DNA from: Longimicrobiales bacterium
GTDB lineage: Bacteria; Gemmatimonadota; Gemmatimonadetes; Longimicrobiales; Gaopeijiaceae
Length of the DNA: 64,000 nucleotides
Direction of reading: 5' to 3'
Assembly (NCBI GenBank): GCA_965202985.1
Contig: CBDBCF010000001.1
Coordinates: forward strand, 672,001-736,000
The translations under genes were made by a program, and so were the position numbers. Below, piece after piece: positions 54,056-63,855 of this stretch. Below the pieces are notes generated by a model. The model made no database searches. It saw only the letters and a program-made list of their open reading frames with translations, and was not told the DNA's origin. The stretch's first letter is position 1. Each line of letters opens with the position of its first letter.

Positions 54056-55609
54056 TCAAGTCAACGGGATCGGCGTACCGGCGGGAGATCGTCGCCCTGG
54101 TCCGCTCGGGACGGTCGCCGGAGGCCGTGGCGCGCGAGTTCGAGCCGTCGGCCGCCAACCTACGCCCGCGGATGGGCCGCCTTGTAGACGCGGCGCAGCC
54201 GCTCCTTGGACGCCGGGCGACGCCAGCGAGGGCGACCAGTCCGTGTCTTCGGCTTCGACGCCCGCGACGAGAATGCGGGTGCGGCCCGTTGCCGCGTCGA
54301 CCACGAAGACGCCGTGCCCGTAGCTGCGTTCGCCGGTAAACACGATGTGCCTGGAGTCGGGTGCCCAGCTCGGGTCTTCGTTGTTCCCTTCCGTGGTAAG
54401 CTGAACCAGGCGTCCCTCGCCGCCTTGGGTGTCGGCAACCAGGATTTGGAAGCGGGTGCGACGTCCTTCGGCGCGCCCGGAGAAGGCGACCTGCGTGGAG
54501 GCGGGGGACCAGTCGGGGTCGGTGAAGTGGCCACCTTCTCCGTACTGGTAGGGCGACAGCAGGACGGCCTCGCCGCCCGTGGACGGCATGACGTAGATCT
54601 GGGGGGTGGCGGTGCCCAGACGGCTGGACGTGAAGGCGACCTGCCGGCCGCCCGGCGAATAGGTGGGCTGCAGGTCGATGTGGTTGCCGCCGCCGATCCT
54701 GGACGGGTTGCAGCAGGCTCCGCGCAGGTCCACGGTGAACAGCTCGCTCCGGCGTCCGTTCAGGCGGGCGAAGGCGATCTCGCCCCCGTCCGGGTGGTAG
54801 GCGGGGGTGATCTGCTGGCCGTCGGCGCCGGTGGCCAGGGCCCGCGACTCCTCCGACGCCACGTCCATTTCGTACAGCGTCGGGAACCCGCCCTTCCACG
54901 ACACGTAGGCGATGCGCCCGCCGTCCGGAGACCACGCGGGCGAAGCGACCAAGTTCTCGTCCCAGGTGACGCGCCGCAGGTTCTCGCCGTCGGCGTCGAC
55001 CACGTACAGCTCCTTGCTGGTCGGGTCGTTGCGCGGCCGCATGGCGAAGGCGATCCGGCTCGCGGCCATCCCCGGTTCGCCCGTGATCCACTCCACGACG
55101 GCGTCGGAAGCGGCGTGCACGGCCAGCCGGAAGTCGGGATCGTCCGGCGCGGGAACGGAGAAGCGGCGACGCGCGCGCAGGTTGGCGAAGACCACGTCGT
55201 GGACCTCGATCTCCAGCACGAACCCTTCGGCGGTTCCGTCCAGCCCGCCCTTGACCAGCCAGTCCGCGCCCAGGCCGTCCCACAAGCCGTAGTCCACGCC
55301 CCTGCCGGCCAGCGCCGCGGGCAGGGAGTCGACGACTTGGAAGCGGTCGGAGTAGCGAAGGTCGCGGACCACGATGTCGTGGACGCCTTGGGCTTGGCTT
55401 TCTCCACCGAAGCGGCCTTCGAAGGGAAGCACCGCGATCGGCGGCACGTAGGTGGTCTCGTAGACGGTCCCCAGCGACACGCCGGGGATCGTCGCCTCCT
55501 CCTCTTGGGCAGCCAAGCCGTGCGCCCACGCCAAGACGCCGCCGGCCCACGCCGCGGCGCACCCGATCGCGAGGGGCCGTCGCCTGCCGGTGGGCGGTTG
55601 CCGGCGCAT
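54056..55609 (-). CDS. tolB: Tol-Pal beta-propeller protein TolB (C-terminal tail runs into the cassette element)
   Basis: DLRYSDRF N-domain, repeated P.WSPDG/P.YSP PD40 blades; follows tolQ/R/A-like genes. Confidence 0.88.
   Translation of the reverse strand: MRRQPPTGRRRPLAIGCAAAWAGGVLAWAHGLAAQEEEATIPGVSLGTVYETTYVPPIAVLPFEGRFGGESQAQGVHDIVVRDLRYSDRFQVVDSLPAALAGRGVDYGLWDGLGADWLVKGGLDGTAEGFVLEIEVHDVVFANLRARRRFSVPAPDDPDFRLAVHAASDAVVEWITGEPGMAASRIAFAMRPRNDPTSKELYVVDADGENLRRVTWDENLVASPAWSPDGGRIAYVSWKGGFPTLYEMDVASEESRALATGADGQQITPAYHPDGGEIAFARLNGRRSELFTVDLRGACCNPSRIGGGNHIDLQPTYSPGGRQVAFTSSRLGTATPQIYVMPSTGGEAVLLSPYQYGEGGHFTDPDWSPASTQVAFSGRAEGRRTRFQILVADTQGGEGRLVQLTTEGNNEDPSWAPDSRHIVFTGERSYGHGVFVVDAATGRTRILVAGVEAEDTDWSPSLASPGVQGAAAPRLQGGPSAGVGWRPTARTRAPRPPATVPSGPGRRSPAGTPIPLT
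54071..54190 (+). mobile_element. Remnant resembling IS3-family transposase orfA N-terminus (HTH), longer copy
   Basis: Translates AYRREIVALVRSGRSPEAVAREFEPSAANLR, matching the (F/Y)RR..V.LVR.GR.PE.LAREFEPS pattern of IS3-family OrfA; no orfB present; right boundary approximate. Confidence 0.7.
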
Positions 55610-56403
55610 CACGGGCCTCTCGTCCTGGGGCTGAAGGTGAACTGCACCGGCAAGAACGCCCAGGGATAGTCCTCGGGCAGGGGACCCAGACGGCCCGCCT
55701 TGCCGGCGCACTCGGCCGCGCCTTGAGCGTCCAGGTCGAAGGCGAAGCTTCCCGACGACCGCTCGACGTCGATCTCCGACGTGCTTCCGTCCCTCGCGAT
55801 CTTGAAAGTCACGACCGCCTCCAGGCGGCTTCCCCGGCTGCGGCCACGGAAGCAGCGCTCCATCTGCACGATGATGTTGTCGTAGTACTCGGGGTAGTCG
55901 CGGCGAAGGCCCTCCATGCGGGCGGCCACGTCGCGCCCGTCGTCTTCGGCGTTCTCGGCGTCCTCCGTCGGGGCGGCTTGGGCGTCCCGGGGCTCATCGG
56001 CCGGGGGCGTGTCGGGCGGCGCGGGCGGCGGCGATTCCTCTTCGGGGGGCGCGACCGGCGGTTCGGGGTCGGGCTCGGGGGGCGGCTCGGGCGGCGATTC
56101 CTCTTCGGGTTCGGGGGGCGAAGGCTTGGGCAGCGCGGGCTCGGGCGCAGGGTCCTCTTCGGGGGGCGCGGGCTCGGGTTCGGGTTGGGGCGTCTCGATG
56201 ACCAGCTCGTCCTCGGGCGCGGGGAGAACCTCTTCGTCGGCGGGCGTCGGAGGCGGCGACGCGAACGAAACCCGCACGATCTCGTAGGCAACGGCCTCTT
56301 GGCGAAGGGCGGGCGCCACCCAGAGCAGGAAGACCAGGACGACGGCGTGGGCCGACGCCGACGCCCAGAAGGATCTGCGGTCCAAGGGCCCGCGACGGCT
56401 CAT
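55609..56403 (-). CDS. TolA/TonB-family energy transducer
   Basis: N-terminal TM with SxxxH (SASAH), Pro/Glu-rich linker, F.I.RDG and SSG...FD C-domain. Confidence 0.85.
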   Translation of the reverse strand: MSRRGPLDRRSFWASASAHAVVLVFLLWVAPALRQEAVAYEIVRVSFASPPPTPADEEVLPAPEDELVIETPQPEPEPAPPEEDPAPEPALPKPSPPEPEEESPPEPPPEPDPEPPVAPPEEESPPPAPPDTPPADEPRDAQAAPTEDAENAEDDGRDVAARMEGLRRDYPEYYDNIIVQMERCFRGRSRGSRLEAVVTFKIARDGSTSEIDVERSSGSFAFDLDAQGAAECAGKAGRLGPLPEDYPWAFLPVQFTFSPRTRGP

Positions 56404-56816
56404 CGGATGATCTCGCGGCCGATGAGGCTGACGCCGACGCCCGCTTGGGCGGCCACGGCGGCCACGACGTTGAAGACGGGGCCGTAGTACGCCAGGGAAT
56501 CGCCCTTCACGTACACCATCTCGACCTGACGCGCCCGCAACAGCTGTCGAAGGAACGCGGCCACGCTGTCCCGCGCGACGGGCGTCTCGCCGACGAACAC
56601 GGAGGTGTTGCGGTCGACGCTGACGATGAGCATGTCGTCCGTGGCCTCGACGACGCCCACGTCGCCCTCGGGGACGTCCACGTCCACGCCGCCCTGGAGC
56701 ACGGGGGCCGTGATGATGAAGATCACCAGCAGGGTGAAAGCCACGTCCACCAAGCTGGTCACGTTGATCTCGGCCTTGACGGGCAGCACGGAGCGATCCT
56801 TCCGGCGCGAGCTCAC
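56400..56816 (-). CDS. TolR/ExbD family protein
   Basis: AEINVTSLVDVAFTLLVIFIITAP; KGD...YG.V. Confidence 0.92.
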   Translation of the reverse strand: MSSRRKDRSVLPVKAEINVTSLVDVAFTLLVIFIITAPVLQGGVDVDVPEGDVGVVEATDDMLIVSVDRNTSVFVGETPVARDSVAAFLRQLLRARQVEMVYVKGDSLAYYGPVFNVVAAVAAQAGVGVSLIGREIIR

Positions 56817-57541
56817 ACCAATCGCTCCTTGGCCAGGGTCCCGATGAACTCGCTGGCGAAGCCCTCCAGCTCGCCCATGACCAGGTTGAGGCGGGCGGCG
56901 AAGTGGTTGTAGGCGATCACCGACGGGATGGCGACGGCCAAGCCCGCCACCGTGGTGACCAGAGCTTCGGCCACGCCCGGCGCCACGGCCTGGATGTTGG
57001 CGGACCCGGCGCGGTGAATGCCCAGGAAGGTGTTCATCACGCCGATCACGGTGCCCATGAGGCCCAGCAGCGGCGACACCGAGCCGATGATCGCGAGCCA
57101 GTTCAAGCCGTGGGACAGGTCGTCGGCCTCTTCCGCCTCCACCTTGTCCATGACCATGCGCAAGGCTTCCAGCTGGGTCAGCGACAGGCCGGGCGCGCCG
57201 GCGTCGGCGTTGGCGCTGGCCAGGGCGCCGGGGCGCATTTCGTTGACGAAGGCGAGCCCTCCGCGGAAGAGGCGCGTGTAGGGCGACCCCGGCAGCGCCG
57301 AGACGGCGTCGAGCGCGCCCTTCAGGTCCACCGCTTCGTCCATGCGGGCCAAGAAGCGGTCGCCCTGGCGACGCACGCTTCGGAAGTGGCGCGCCTTGGC
57401 GATGATCACCCACAGGGACAAGACGGAGAACACGCCCAGCACGGCCAAGACCGCCAGCGTGGGGCCGCTGGCGTCGCGCACCATGTCCAACATGCCCCGG
57501 GGCGCCCCGGCGGTCGCCTGAACGAACGGCGCCGCCGTCAC
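56813..57541 (-). CDS. TolQ/ExbB/MotA family proton channel
   Basis: SPLLGLMGTVIG, VAPGVAEALVTTVAGL.VAIP. Confidence 0.92.
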   Translation of the reverse strand: MTAAPFVQATAGAPRGMLDMVRDASGPTLAVLAVLGVFSVLSLWVIIAKARHFRSVRRQGDRFLARMDEAVDLKGALDAVSALPGSPYTRLFRGGLAFVNEMRPGALASANADAGAPGLSLTQLEALRMVMDKVEAEEADDLSHGLNWLAIIGSVSPLLGLMGTVIGVMNTFLGIHRAGSANIQAVAPGVAEALVTTVAGLAVAIPSVIAYNHFAARLNLVMGELEGFASEFIGTLAKERLV

Positions 57542-58536
57542 GACGACCGGGCTGCGGGCGCTGGGGTGCCCGGCACCGCGGCGGGACGGTTCGCCTCGAT
57601 GTGCGCGACGGTGCGACGAATGCCTTCGCGAAGGCTGGTGGCGGCGGACCATCCGGCTGCGCGGAACTTCTCCGTGGCCAGCGTGCTGCGCCGGATCTCG
57701 CCGGGGCGGGACGGCAGGTATTGCCGGCCCGTTCGGATGCCGGTCGCGTCCTCCAGGGCCGACGCGATCTGGTTGACGCTGACGGCTTGGCCGCTCCCCA
57801 CGTTGAAGGCCCGCTCGTCCAACCCCGCGGCCTGCGACAGGACCGTCTCGGACGCCGCCATGTTGGCCCGCACCACGTCGTCCACGAACACGTAGTCGCG
57901 GGCCTGCTCGCCGTCTCCGAACACCTGCAGCGGCTCGCCGTCCAGGAGCCGGGCGGCGAAGATCGCCACGACGCCGGCTTCGCCGCGAGGGTCTTGGCGC
58001 GGCCCGTAGATGTTGCCGTACCGGAGAGCCGCGTACTCCAGGCCCCGAACTTGGCGGTAGTAGTCCAGGTAGTATTCGCCCGCCAGCTTAGTGACCCCGT
58101 ACGGAGACATGGGCTGTTTCGGCGCCGTCTCGGGCGTGGGGAAGATGTCCGGTTCTCCGTAGACGACGCCCCCGCTGGACACGAAGACCACGCGTCGTGT
58201 GCCTGCGTCGCACGCCGCCTCGAGGACGTTGGTCAGGCCCAGGACGTTGACGCGGGCGTCCCTGGCCGGGTCGGCGACCGAGACGCGAACGTCGAACTGG
58301 GCCGCGTGGTGGTTGATCAGGGCGAAGCGCTCGCATCGGACGAGCTTCGCCACGTCGGGCTCGGCGATGTCCGCTTCCACGAAGATCGCGCCCTCGGGGA
58401 CGTTCTCGCGCTTGCCCGAGGACAGGTCGTCCACGATCCAGACTTGGTCGCCCCGGGCCAAGTATGCATCGGCGACGTGGCTGCCGATGAAGCCGGCGCC
58501 GCCGGTCACGAGGACTTTGCGCTTCGGGTCGGGCAT
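57538..58536 (-). CDS. NAD-dependent nucleotide-sugar epimerase (UDP-glucose 4-epimerase-like)
   Basis: TGGAGFIGSH, YGVTK (YxxxK), RYGNIYGPRQ, GDGEQARDYVFV. Confidence 0.9.
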   Translation of the reverse strand: MPDPKRKVLVTGGAGFIGSHVADAYLARGDQVWIVDDLSSGKRENVPEGAIFVEADIAEPDVAKLVRCERFALINHHAAQFDVRVSVADPARDARVNVLGLTNVLEAACDAGTRRVVFVSSGGVVYGEPDIFPTPETAPKQPMSPYGVTKLAGEYYLDYYRQVRGLEYAALRYGNIYGPRQDPRGEAGVVAIFAARLLDGEPLQVFGDGEQARDYVFVDDVVRANMAASETVLSQAAGLDERAFNVGSGQAVSVNQIASALEDATGIRTGRQYLPSRPGEIRRSTLATEKFRAAGWSAATSLREGIRRTVAHIEANRPAAVPGTPAPAARSS

Positions 58537-58562
58537 GTGGGAAAGCTAGCACCCCCGGCGGG

Positions 58563-60197
58563 CTATCGTGCTGCCCGCTCCGCGAGTCGCCGATAGAGCG
58601 GCACGCGAACCAGCCATCCGGCCGCCAAGATCAGTACGCACCAGGACAGGCCCGCGACGCCCACGATCGCCAGCCGGGAAAGTTCGCCCGCTTGAACGGG
58701 GTCCGGCAGGCCGCCGCGCAGCAGAAGCAGAAGCAGGAGCACGCTGGGCAAGACCGTCGCGGCGGAGATTCGGCCCAGCCCCCGGAGCGCCCCGCCGCGC
58801 AGGCGTCCGTTCGGCGCCAGTTCGGGGGGGGCGGCCATCCAAAACGCCCCGGCGACGACCACGTTCATGGCCACCTGGGCAGCCACCAGCCCGAGGTAGG
58901 ACCAAAGCCACACGGCGGGAAGCAGCACCAGCGCCCGAAAGACGTGGCCCGCGGCCTGCACCTTGTTGACCAACCCCGAGTGCCCCATGGCGAATGCGGC
59001 GCTGAAGGCCAGCTGGTTTCGCCCCTGGACTACCACGCCGAACATGAAGACGGCCATGCTGGTCCCCACCGGCCCCAACATGCCGTCGCTGACCAACTCC
59101 CCTCTGCCGAAGAGCAGCGCCGCGAGCCACTGGGACATGAGGACAACGAAGACCGCGACAGGCACTGCCACCGCGGAGAGGGTCTCCTGCCCCGCCCCCA
59201 GCGAGTCGCCCACGGCCGAGTCGCGCCCAGCGCCCTTCCGGTGCGAGAACTCGACCAAGCCGACCGTGGCCGCGGAATCGTTGAAGAGCCGCCCAAGGAG
59301 GCCCTGCGCCAGCCGCCCGTAGTACACGGCCGAGAGCAGCCCCGGCCCCAGGGTGGAGGCGGCGATCCGGTAGATCCACTCTGCCGCCATCACGGCCGTG
59401 TTGCTCCACCCGAATGCGGCCCAGCGACGCCATACCCCGAGTTCGGCTTGGCGCAGGTCGGCCTGGGACCGCGTTCCCTTGGGCGTTTTCGGCAGACGCG
59501 CCCAGAAGACGAGCGCTGCCGTGCCCGCGCCGACGCCCGCCACGCTCGTCCATGCCAGCCCCTCCAGCCCGGCCCGGTCGCCGACCCACGCCAGCCCGAC
59601 CGCGACCGTCGCAACGGGAAGCACCTTGTTGCCCACGGCGGCGCGACCGAAGCGCCTCGACGCATGCAGGGCCACCAGGCTGGTTGCGGCCACGGCCAGC
59701 AACACCAGCTCCGGGACGCGGATGCGGAAGAGCCGGACCGTCAGCCGGCGCTGCGCCTCGTCGTAGCCGGGCGCGAACACGTCCACGATCCAGGGCGCTG
59801 AAACGACGGCGGCCCCCGCAACGGCCAGCGCGGCCCAGAAGGCGCGACGGCGCAACCGGACCAGGAGTTCGCGGCCGGGGCCGGCGCTTCCGCCCATGGC
59901 CAGGTACTCGGGCAACGCGATCGACCTGACGTGGTGGAACATGAGCCCCTTGACCAAGAACCCCACCGCGAGAAGGCTCATGAAGTAGGCGTCGGTCTCG
60001 GGGCCGGCGCCGAAGTAGTTCCCAATCATGGCGTGGACGGCGAAGCCCAGAACGGCGGCGCACGTGGTGGACGCGCCGAGTTTCCCGACGCTCCTCGTCA
60101 CGGAACTCGGGCCGCCGGAGGCCGCCTCCGCCCGCGCGTCCACGCGGGCTACGTCCTCTGGCCGGCCGAGCCCGCCCGAGCGCGACGGCGCAGCCAA
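58563..60197 (-). CDS. MurJ/MviN-like (MOP superfamily) flippase; start uncertain
   Basis: YFGAG.ETDAYF, APG, LLFGRG motifs and many TM segments. Confidence 0.75.
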   Translation of the reverse strand: MAAPSRSGGLGRPEDVARVDARAEAASGGPSSVTRSVGKLGASTTCAAVLGFAVHAMIGNYFGAGPETDAYFMSLLAVGFLVKGLMFHHVRSIALPEYLAMGGSAGPGRELLVRLRRRAFWAALAVAGAAVVSAPWIVDVFAPGYDEAQRRLTVRLFRIRVPELVLLAVAATSLVALHASRRFGRAAVGNKVLPVATVAVGLAWVGDRAGLEGLAWTSVAGVGAGTAALVFWARLPKTPKGTRSQADLRQAELGVWRRWAAFGWSNTAVMAAEWIYRIAASTLGPGLLSAVYYGRLAQGLLGRLFNDSAATVGLVEFSHRKGAGRDSAVGDSLGAGQETLSAVAVPVAVFVVLMSQWLAALLFGRGELVSDGMLGPVGTSMAVFMFGVVVQGRNQLAFSAAFAMGHSGLVNKVQAAGHVFRALVLLPAVWLWSYLGLVAAQVAMNVVVAGAFWMAAPPELAPNGRLRGGALRGLGRISAATVLPSVLLLLLLLRGGLPDPVQAGELSRLAIVGVAGLSWCVLILAAGWLVRVPLYRRLAERAAR

Positions 60198-61993
60198 GTC
60201 CGGCCGGCCACGATCTCCAGATGGACCACCTCCGCCGTCATCCCTGCCGCCAAGACCGCCTGCAGGTGCCTCTCCACCACGTCGTCCGATCCCCTGGGAA
60301 AGGCCAAGATCACGTGTTCGGCACGGACCAGGCGCGCCAAGGCGGGCAGCTTCGACACGGGCCCCAGGACGCGCACGCCGTGCACCCGGCCCCGGACGGC
60401 CCGGGAGTCCTCGTCCACGAAGCCGATCACGTCGTACTCGCCGTCGCCGCGGGTCGCGAGTTCGCGGTAGGCGGCCAGTACGGCGTCGGCGGCGCCCGCC
60501 ACCACCGTTCGCGTGCCGTGCTTCGCGCCCCGCTTGCGGATCGCCAGCTCGCCCAGGCGTCGCACGCCCAGGCGCGTCCCGGCCAAGAAGAGCATCGTGA
60601 TCAGGCCTTCCAGCGCCACGACGGTTCGCGGGAACGACGGGACCCGAAGCACCGTCACGAGGGCCGCAAACATGAGCGAGCCCAGGACCACGGTCCCGGC
60701 CAGTCTGAAGGTGTCGGGGAAGGAGGCCCGGCTCCAGCGCGTGTCGTAGACGCCCCGCAGAAGCCCCAGCCCCACGCGAAACAGGATCAGGAAGGGGAGG
60801 ACCGTGGCCAAGTTCTCTAGCTGGTCGGCGGGAACGGCGCCGTCAAAGCGCAGATGGAAGGCGGCGTACAGGGACGCGAACACCAGCAGCACGTCGCCCG
60901 ACACGGCGACGATCAGGAGAACCCAGCGGTACCAGGGCGACTGGTCCCAGCCCCGTCGCGACTGTTCAACGCGGAAGTCGCGCATTCGCTCGTCGACGCG
61001 GCCGTCGTGAAGGAAGGCGGCCAAGTAGACGAGAACGACCAGGAACAGGGCCGCGCCGGCCAAGTAGGTCAGCGTGTCCACCGTGATCGCCAGCAGGCCT
61101 AGGGCGCCGGTGGCGACGCACAGCGCGTAGACGGTTCCCAGGGCCCGGGAACGGGAAAGGCCGTGGGCCAGGAGCCGATAGTTGATGTGGTCGGCCTTGC
61201 CTCGGCTGAGCGGGATGCCCTTGAGCTTGCGCGTGACGGTCACGAAGGTGGCGTTGAAGATGGGGATCGCCAGGAGCATGGCCGGCACCAGGATCGTGAG
61301 GCCCACCTGGGTCATTCCCCGCCACGGGTGGTCGCCGATCGCCAAGCCCGCCAGCAGGAACCCCAGGAACATGGAGCCCGAGTCGCCCAGCAGGATCCGG
61401 GCCGGAGGCAGGTTGTGGCGCAGGAACCCCAGGCAGGCGCCGGCCGCGACCCACGCCAAGAAGCCCGTCGCGGGCCGGTCGGTGAGGAAGGCGAAGAAGC
61501 CGATGAACACGGCCGCGGTGGCGGCGACGCCGGGAAGCATCCCGTCCATGTTGTCGATCAGGTTGAACGCGTTGCAGAGCCCTACGAACCACAGCACGGT
61601 CAGCGGAGCGGCGGCCCACTCCAGGCCCGGTCCCAGGGGCGGAAACGCGATCCCCGAGACGACCGCCAGCGACGCCGCGGCGACCTGCAGCAGCACCTTG
61701 GTCCGAGGCGCCATGGGGCGCGCGTCGTCCCAGAGACCGGCGAGGAAGAGGCATGTGGCGGCCAGGACCACATGGGTCAGGGACTTGGCCGGATAGCCCA
61801 GGACCGCCAGGAGCGACAGCGAGGCGAAGACGACGGCCCAGAGGACGATGCCGCCGCCCACGGGAACGGGCTTCGGATGGTTGGGGTCGGCGGCAGACAC
61901 CAACCCGAGCCGGGGGAGGACCCTTGCGGCGGCGTGGGTCAGCAGGTAGCTGGCCAGCCCGGCGCCGGCAGCAAAGAGGGCGGCCTCAACCAC
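60149..61993 (-). CDS. WecA/TagO (MraY-like) phosphoglycosyltransferase fused to a CapD-N/CoA-binding-like domain
   Basis: P.GGG, GLWDD, NAFNLIDNMDG, LGDSGS, ADHINYRL; C-terminal VVAGA...IGFVDED...G.RVLG. Confidence 0.8.
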   Translation of the reverse strand: MVEAALFAAGAGLASYLLTHAAARVLPRLGLVSAADPNHPKPVPVGGGIVLWAVVFASLSLLAVLGYPAKSLTHVVLAATCLFLAGLWDDARPMAPRTKVLLQVAAASLAVVSGIAFPPLGPGLEWAAAPLTVLWFVGLCNAFNLIDNMDGMLPGVAATAAVFIGFFAFLTDRPATGFLAWVAAGACLGFLRHNLPPARILLGDSGSMFLGFLLAGLAIGDHPWRGMTQVGLTILVPAMLLAIPIFNATFVTVTRKLKGIPLSRGKADHINYRLLAHGLSRSRALGTVYALCVATGALGLLAITVDTLTYLAGAALFLVVLVYLAAFLHDGRVDERMRDFRVEQSRRGWDQSPWYRWVLLIVAVSGDVLLVFASLYAAFHLRFDGAVPADQLENLATVLPFLILFRVGLGLLRGVYDTRWSRASFPDTFRLAGTVVLGSLMFAALVTVLRVPSFPRTVVALEGLITMLFLAGTRLGVRRLGELAIRKRGAKHGTRTVVAGAADAVLAAYRELATRGDGEYDVIGFVDEDSRAVRGRVHGVRVLGPVSKLPALARLVRAEHVILAFPRGSDDVVERHLQAVLAAGMTAEVVHLEIVAGRTWLRRRARAGSAGQRT

Positions 61994-63038
61994 GGGTTGC
62001 GACTGCCGATTGCCGCTGGGCCTCTTGCTCCTCGTACCACTCGGCTGTGGCCAGAATGGCGTCGTCCAGCTCCACGCGGGGATGGAACCCCAGCAGCCGG
62101 GCCGCCTTGTGCAGTCGGGGAACCCGCACGTCGATGTCCGAGAAGTCGATCTTCCTGAACACGATCTCCGACTTGGAGCCCAGCAGGGCGGCCACGCGTC
62201 GGGCCAGGTCGTAGATCGTCAGCGTGTTCCGCGAGTTCCCGACGTTGAAGGTTTCGCCCACGGCGGCGGGCAACGCCAGGGCGCGGAGCACGGCGTCCAC
62301 GAAGTCTTCGATGTAGCACCAGGACCGGATCTGCGTTCCGTCGCCGTGCACTTCCAGCGGTTCGCCCCGTCGCGCGGCGGCGATGAAGCGGAGCATGGCA
62401 TGGTCGCCCAGCCGAAGGCGCCCGAAGACGTTGAACGGGCGGATCGTGACCGTGGGCAATGCCTTCTCCCGCCGGTAGCAGTGGACCAAGTGCTCGCCCG
62501 CCAGCTTGGCGATGGAGTACGTCCAGCGCGCCTCGCCCACGGGCCCGATGGTGGACGGCGACTCCTCGCTGGTCCGGAACGCGTTCATGCCCGCGACCTC
62601 CGAGGTCGAGAAGTACACGAAGCGATGCACGTCGTCGCGGCCGTCCAGGGCGCGGAGCAGGTTGCGCGTGCCCGTGAAGTTGGTCTCGATCGTCTCGCGG
62701 CCGCGGGAACGCACGTTGTCGACGCCCACCACGGCGGCCAAGTGCACGATCGTGTCGTGCCCAGCGGCCACCCGCGCCAAGCGCTCTTCGTCGAGGACGG
62801 ACCCCCGGGCCAAGCGCAGGTTCTCGTGACCCCATGCGCGGCTCAGGGCGATGCTGTTGCCCTCGAAGCGCCGGTCGAAGACGGTGACCCGATTGTGCTC
62901 CACCAGCTGTTCCGCCAGCGCCGACCCGATGAAGCCGCCGCCGCCGGTGACGAGCACGCGGTGGCCGGCAAGGCAGGCGGGATCGAAGGAGGCCGCCGGG
63001 GCGGGCGGCGGCGCGGTGCGGGAGGTTGCGTCGGTCAT
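61986..63038 (-). CDS. NAD-dependent epimerase/dehydratase
   Basis: TGGGGFIGS, HLAAVVGV, STSEV, RWTYSIAK, GDGTQIRSWCY. Confidence 0.9.
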   Translation of the reverse strand: MTDATSRTAPPPAPAASFDPACLAGHRVLVTGGGGFIGSALAEQLVEHNRVTVFDRRFEGNSIALSRAWGHENLRLARGSVLDEERLARVAAGHDTIVHLAAVVGVDNVRSRGRETIETNFTGTRNLLRALDGRDDVHRFVYFSTSEVAGMNAFRTSEESPSTIGPVGEARWTYSIAKLAGEHLVHCYRREKALPTVTIRPFNVFGRLRLGDHAMLRFIAAARRGEPLEVHGDGTQIRSWCYIEDFVDAVLRALALPAAVGETFNVGNSRNTLTIYDLARRVAALLGSKSEIVFRKIDFSDIDVRVPRLHKAARLLGFHPRVELDDAILATAEWYEEQEAQRQSAVATRG

Positions 63039-63114
63039 GGCTGGACAGGGAAACATATGATTATGTCACGACAAGGGCCGTCGGGCCAGCCGACTCTTCG
63101 TCGGCCGGCACGCT

Positions 63115-63855
63115 TCACAACGGCCTGGCCGGGACGCCGCCGACCTTCGCGCCGGGCTGCACGTCTTGGACCACGGAGGCGCCCGCCCCGACCACTGCGC
63201 CGGCCCCGATGCGGCGTCCGGGCGCCACCACCGCGCCGGTGCCCAGGAACGCACCGGCCTCGACGATCACCCGTCCGGCCAAGTGCACGCCGGGGCAGAT
63301 CACCGCGTCGTCGCCGATGCGCGCGTGATGCGCCACGGTCGAGCCCGGGTTCACCACAACGTTCCGTCCCAGCCGCGCGTCCACGGTGAACGACGTGGCG
63401 GCCATGACCACGCACCCTTCGCCGAAGACGACCGAGCGAGCCATGGCCGCGCCCGGATGGATCCAAGTCGCCAGCCCCAGGTCCATCGCTTCCAGTCTTT
63501 GACGCAGGGCCGCCCGGACGGCGGGGTCGCCCACTGCGATCAGGGCCGCGAACTTGCCCCCCCTGCCCCGCAGCCACTCCACCGGCCCCAGCACGGGAAG
63601 GCCGCCCACCGAGGCGCCCGCTCGGCCCGGGGCGTCGTCCACGTACCCCGCCACCGCGGGCGGCGCCAACCTGTCGGGCCAAGCCGACAGGGCCTCGTGC
63701 ACGGCCAGAACCTCGGCGCCCAGGTCGCCGGCGCCAACCAGCACGACCGGGAGTCCGGCTGTCGCGGCAACGCTGGCATCGATCGGCGCGGCGGGCTCAA
63801 CGGGCGCTCCGGTCGGGATCCAAGTTGCGGGGGTCTTGCCGGGTGTTTCGGTCAC
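63115..63855 (-). CDS. NeuD/PglD-family sugar acetyltransferase (hexapeptide repeats)
   Basis: VGAG..G, IAVGD...R, IHP.A, hexapeptide repeats, VVGAGASVV.DV, GVPARP. Confidence 0.88.
   Translation of the reverse strand: MTETPGKTPATWIPTGAPVEPAAPIDASVAATAGLPVVLVGAGDLGAEVLAVHEALSAWPDRLAPPAVAGYVDDAPGRAGASVGGLPVLGPVEWLRGRGGKFAALIAVGDPAVRAALRQRLEAMDLGLATWIHPGAAMARSVVFGEGCVVMAATSFTVDARLGRNVVVNPGSTVAHHARIGDDAVICPGVHLAGRVIVEAGAFLGTGAVVAPGRRIGAGAVVGAGASVVQDVQPGAKVGGVPARPL

Noticed and set aside
54020..54230. Intact IS element or composite transposon
   Set aside because: Only a short orfA-like fragment; no orfB/DDE domain, terminal inverted repeats or target duplication found, and the 3' flanks of the two cassettes share no sequence.
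53988..55562. N-terminal ~525 aa of the 5087-aa ORF
   Set aside because: Overlaps tolB in another frame and has no protein-like character; RBS, signal peptide and paralogy place the start at 53894-53987.
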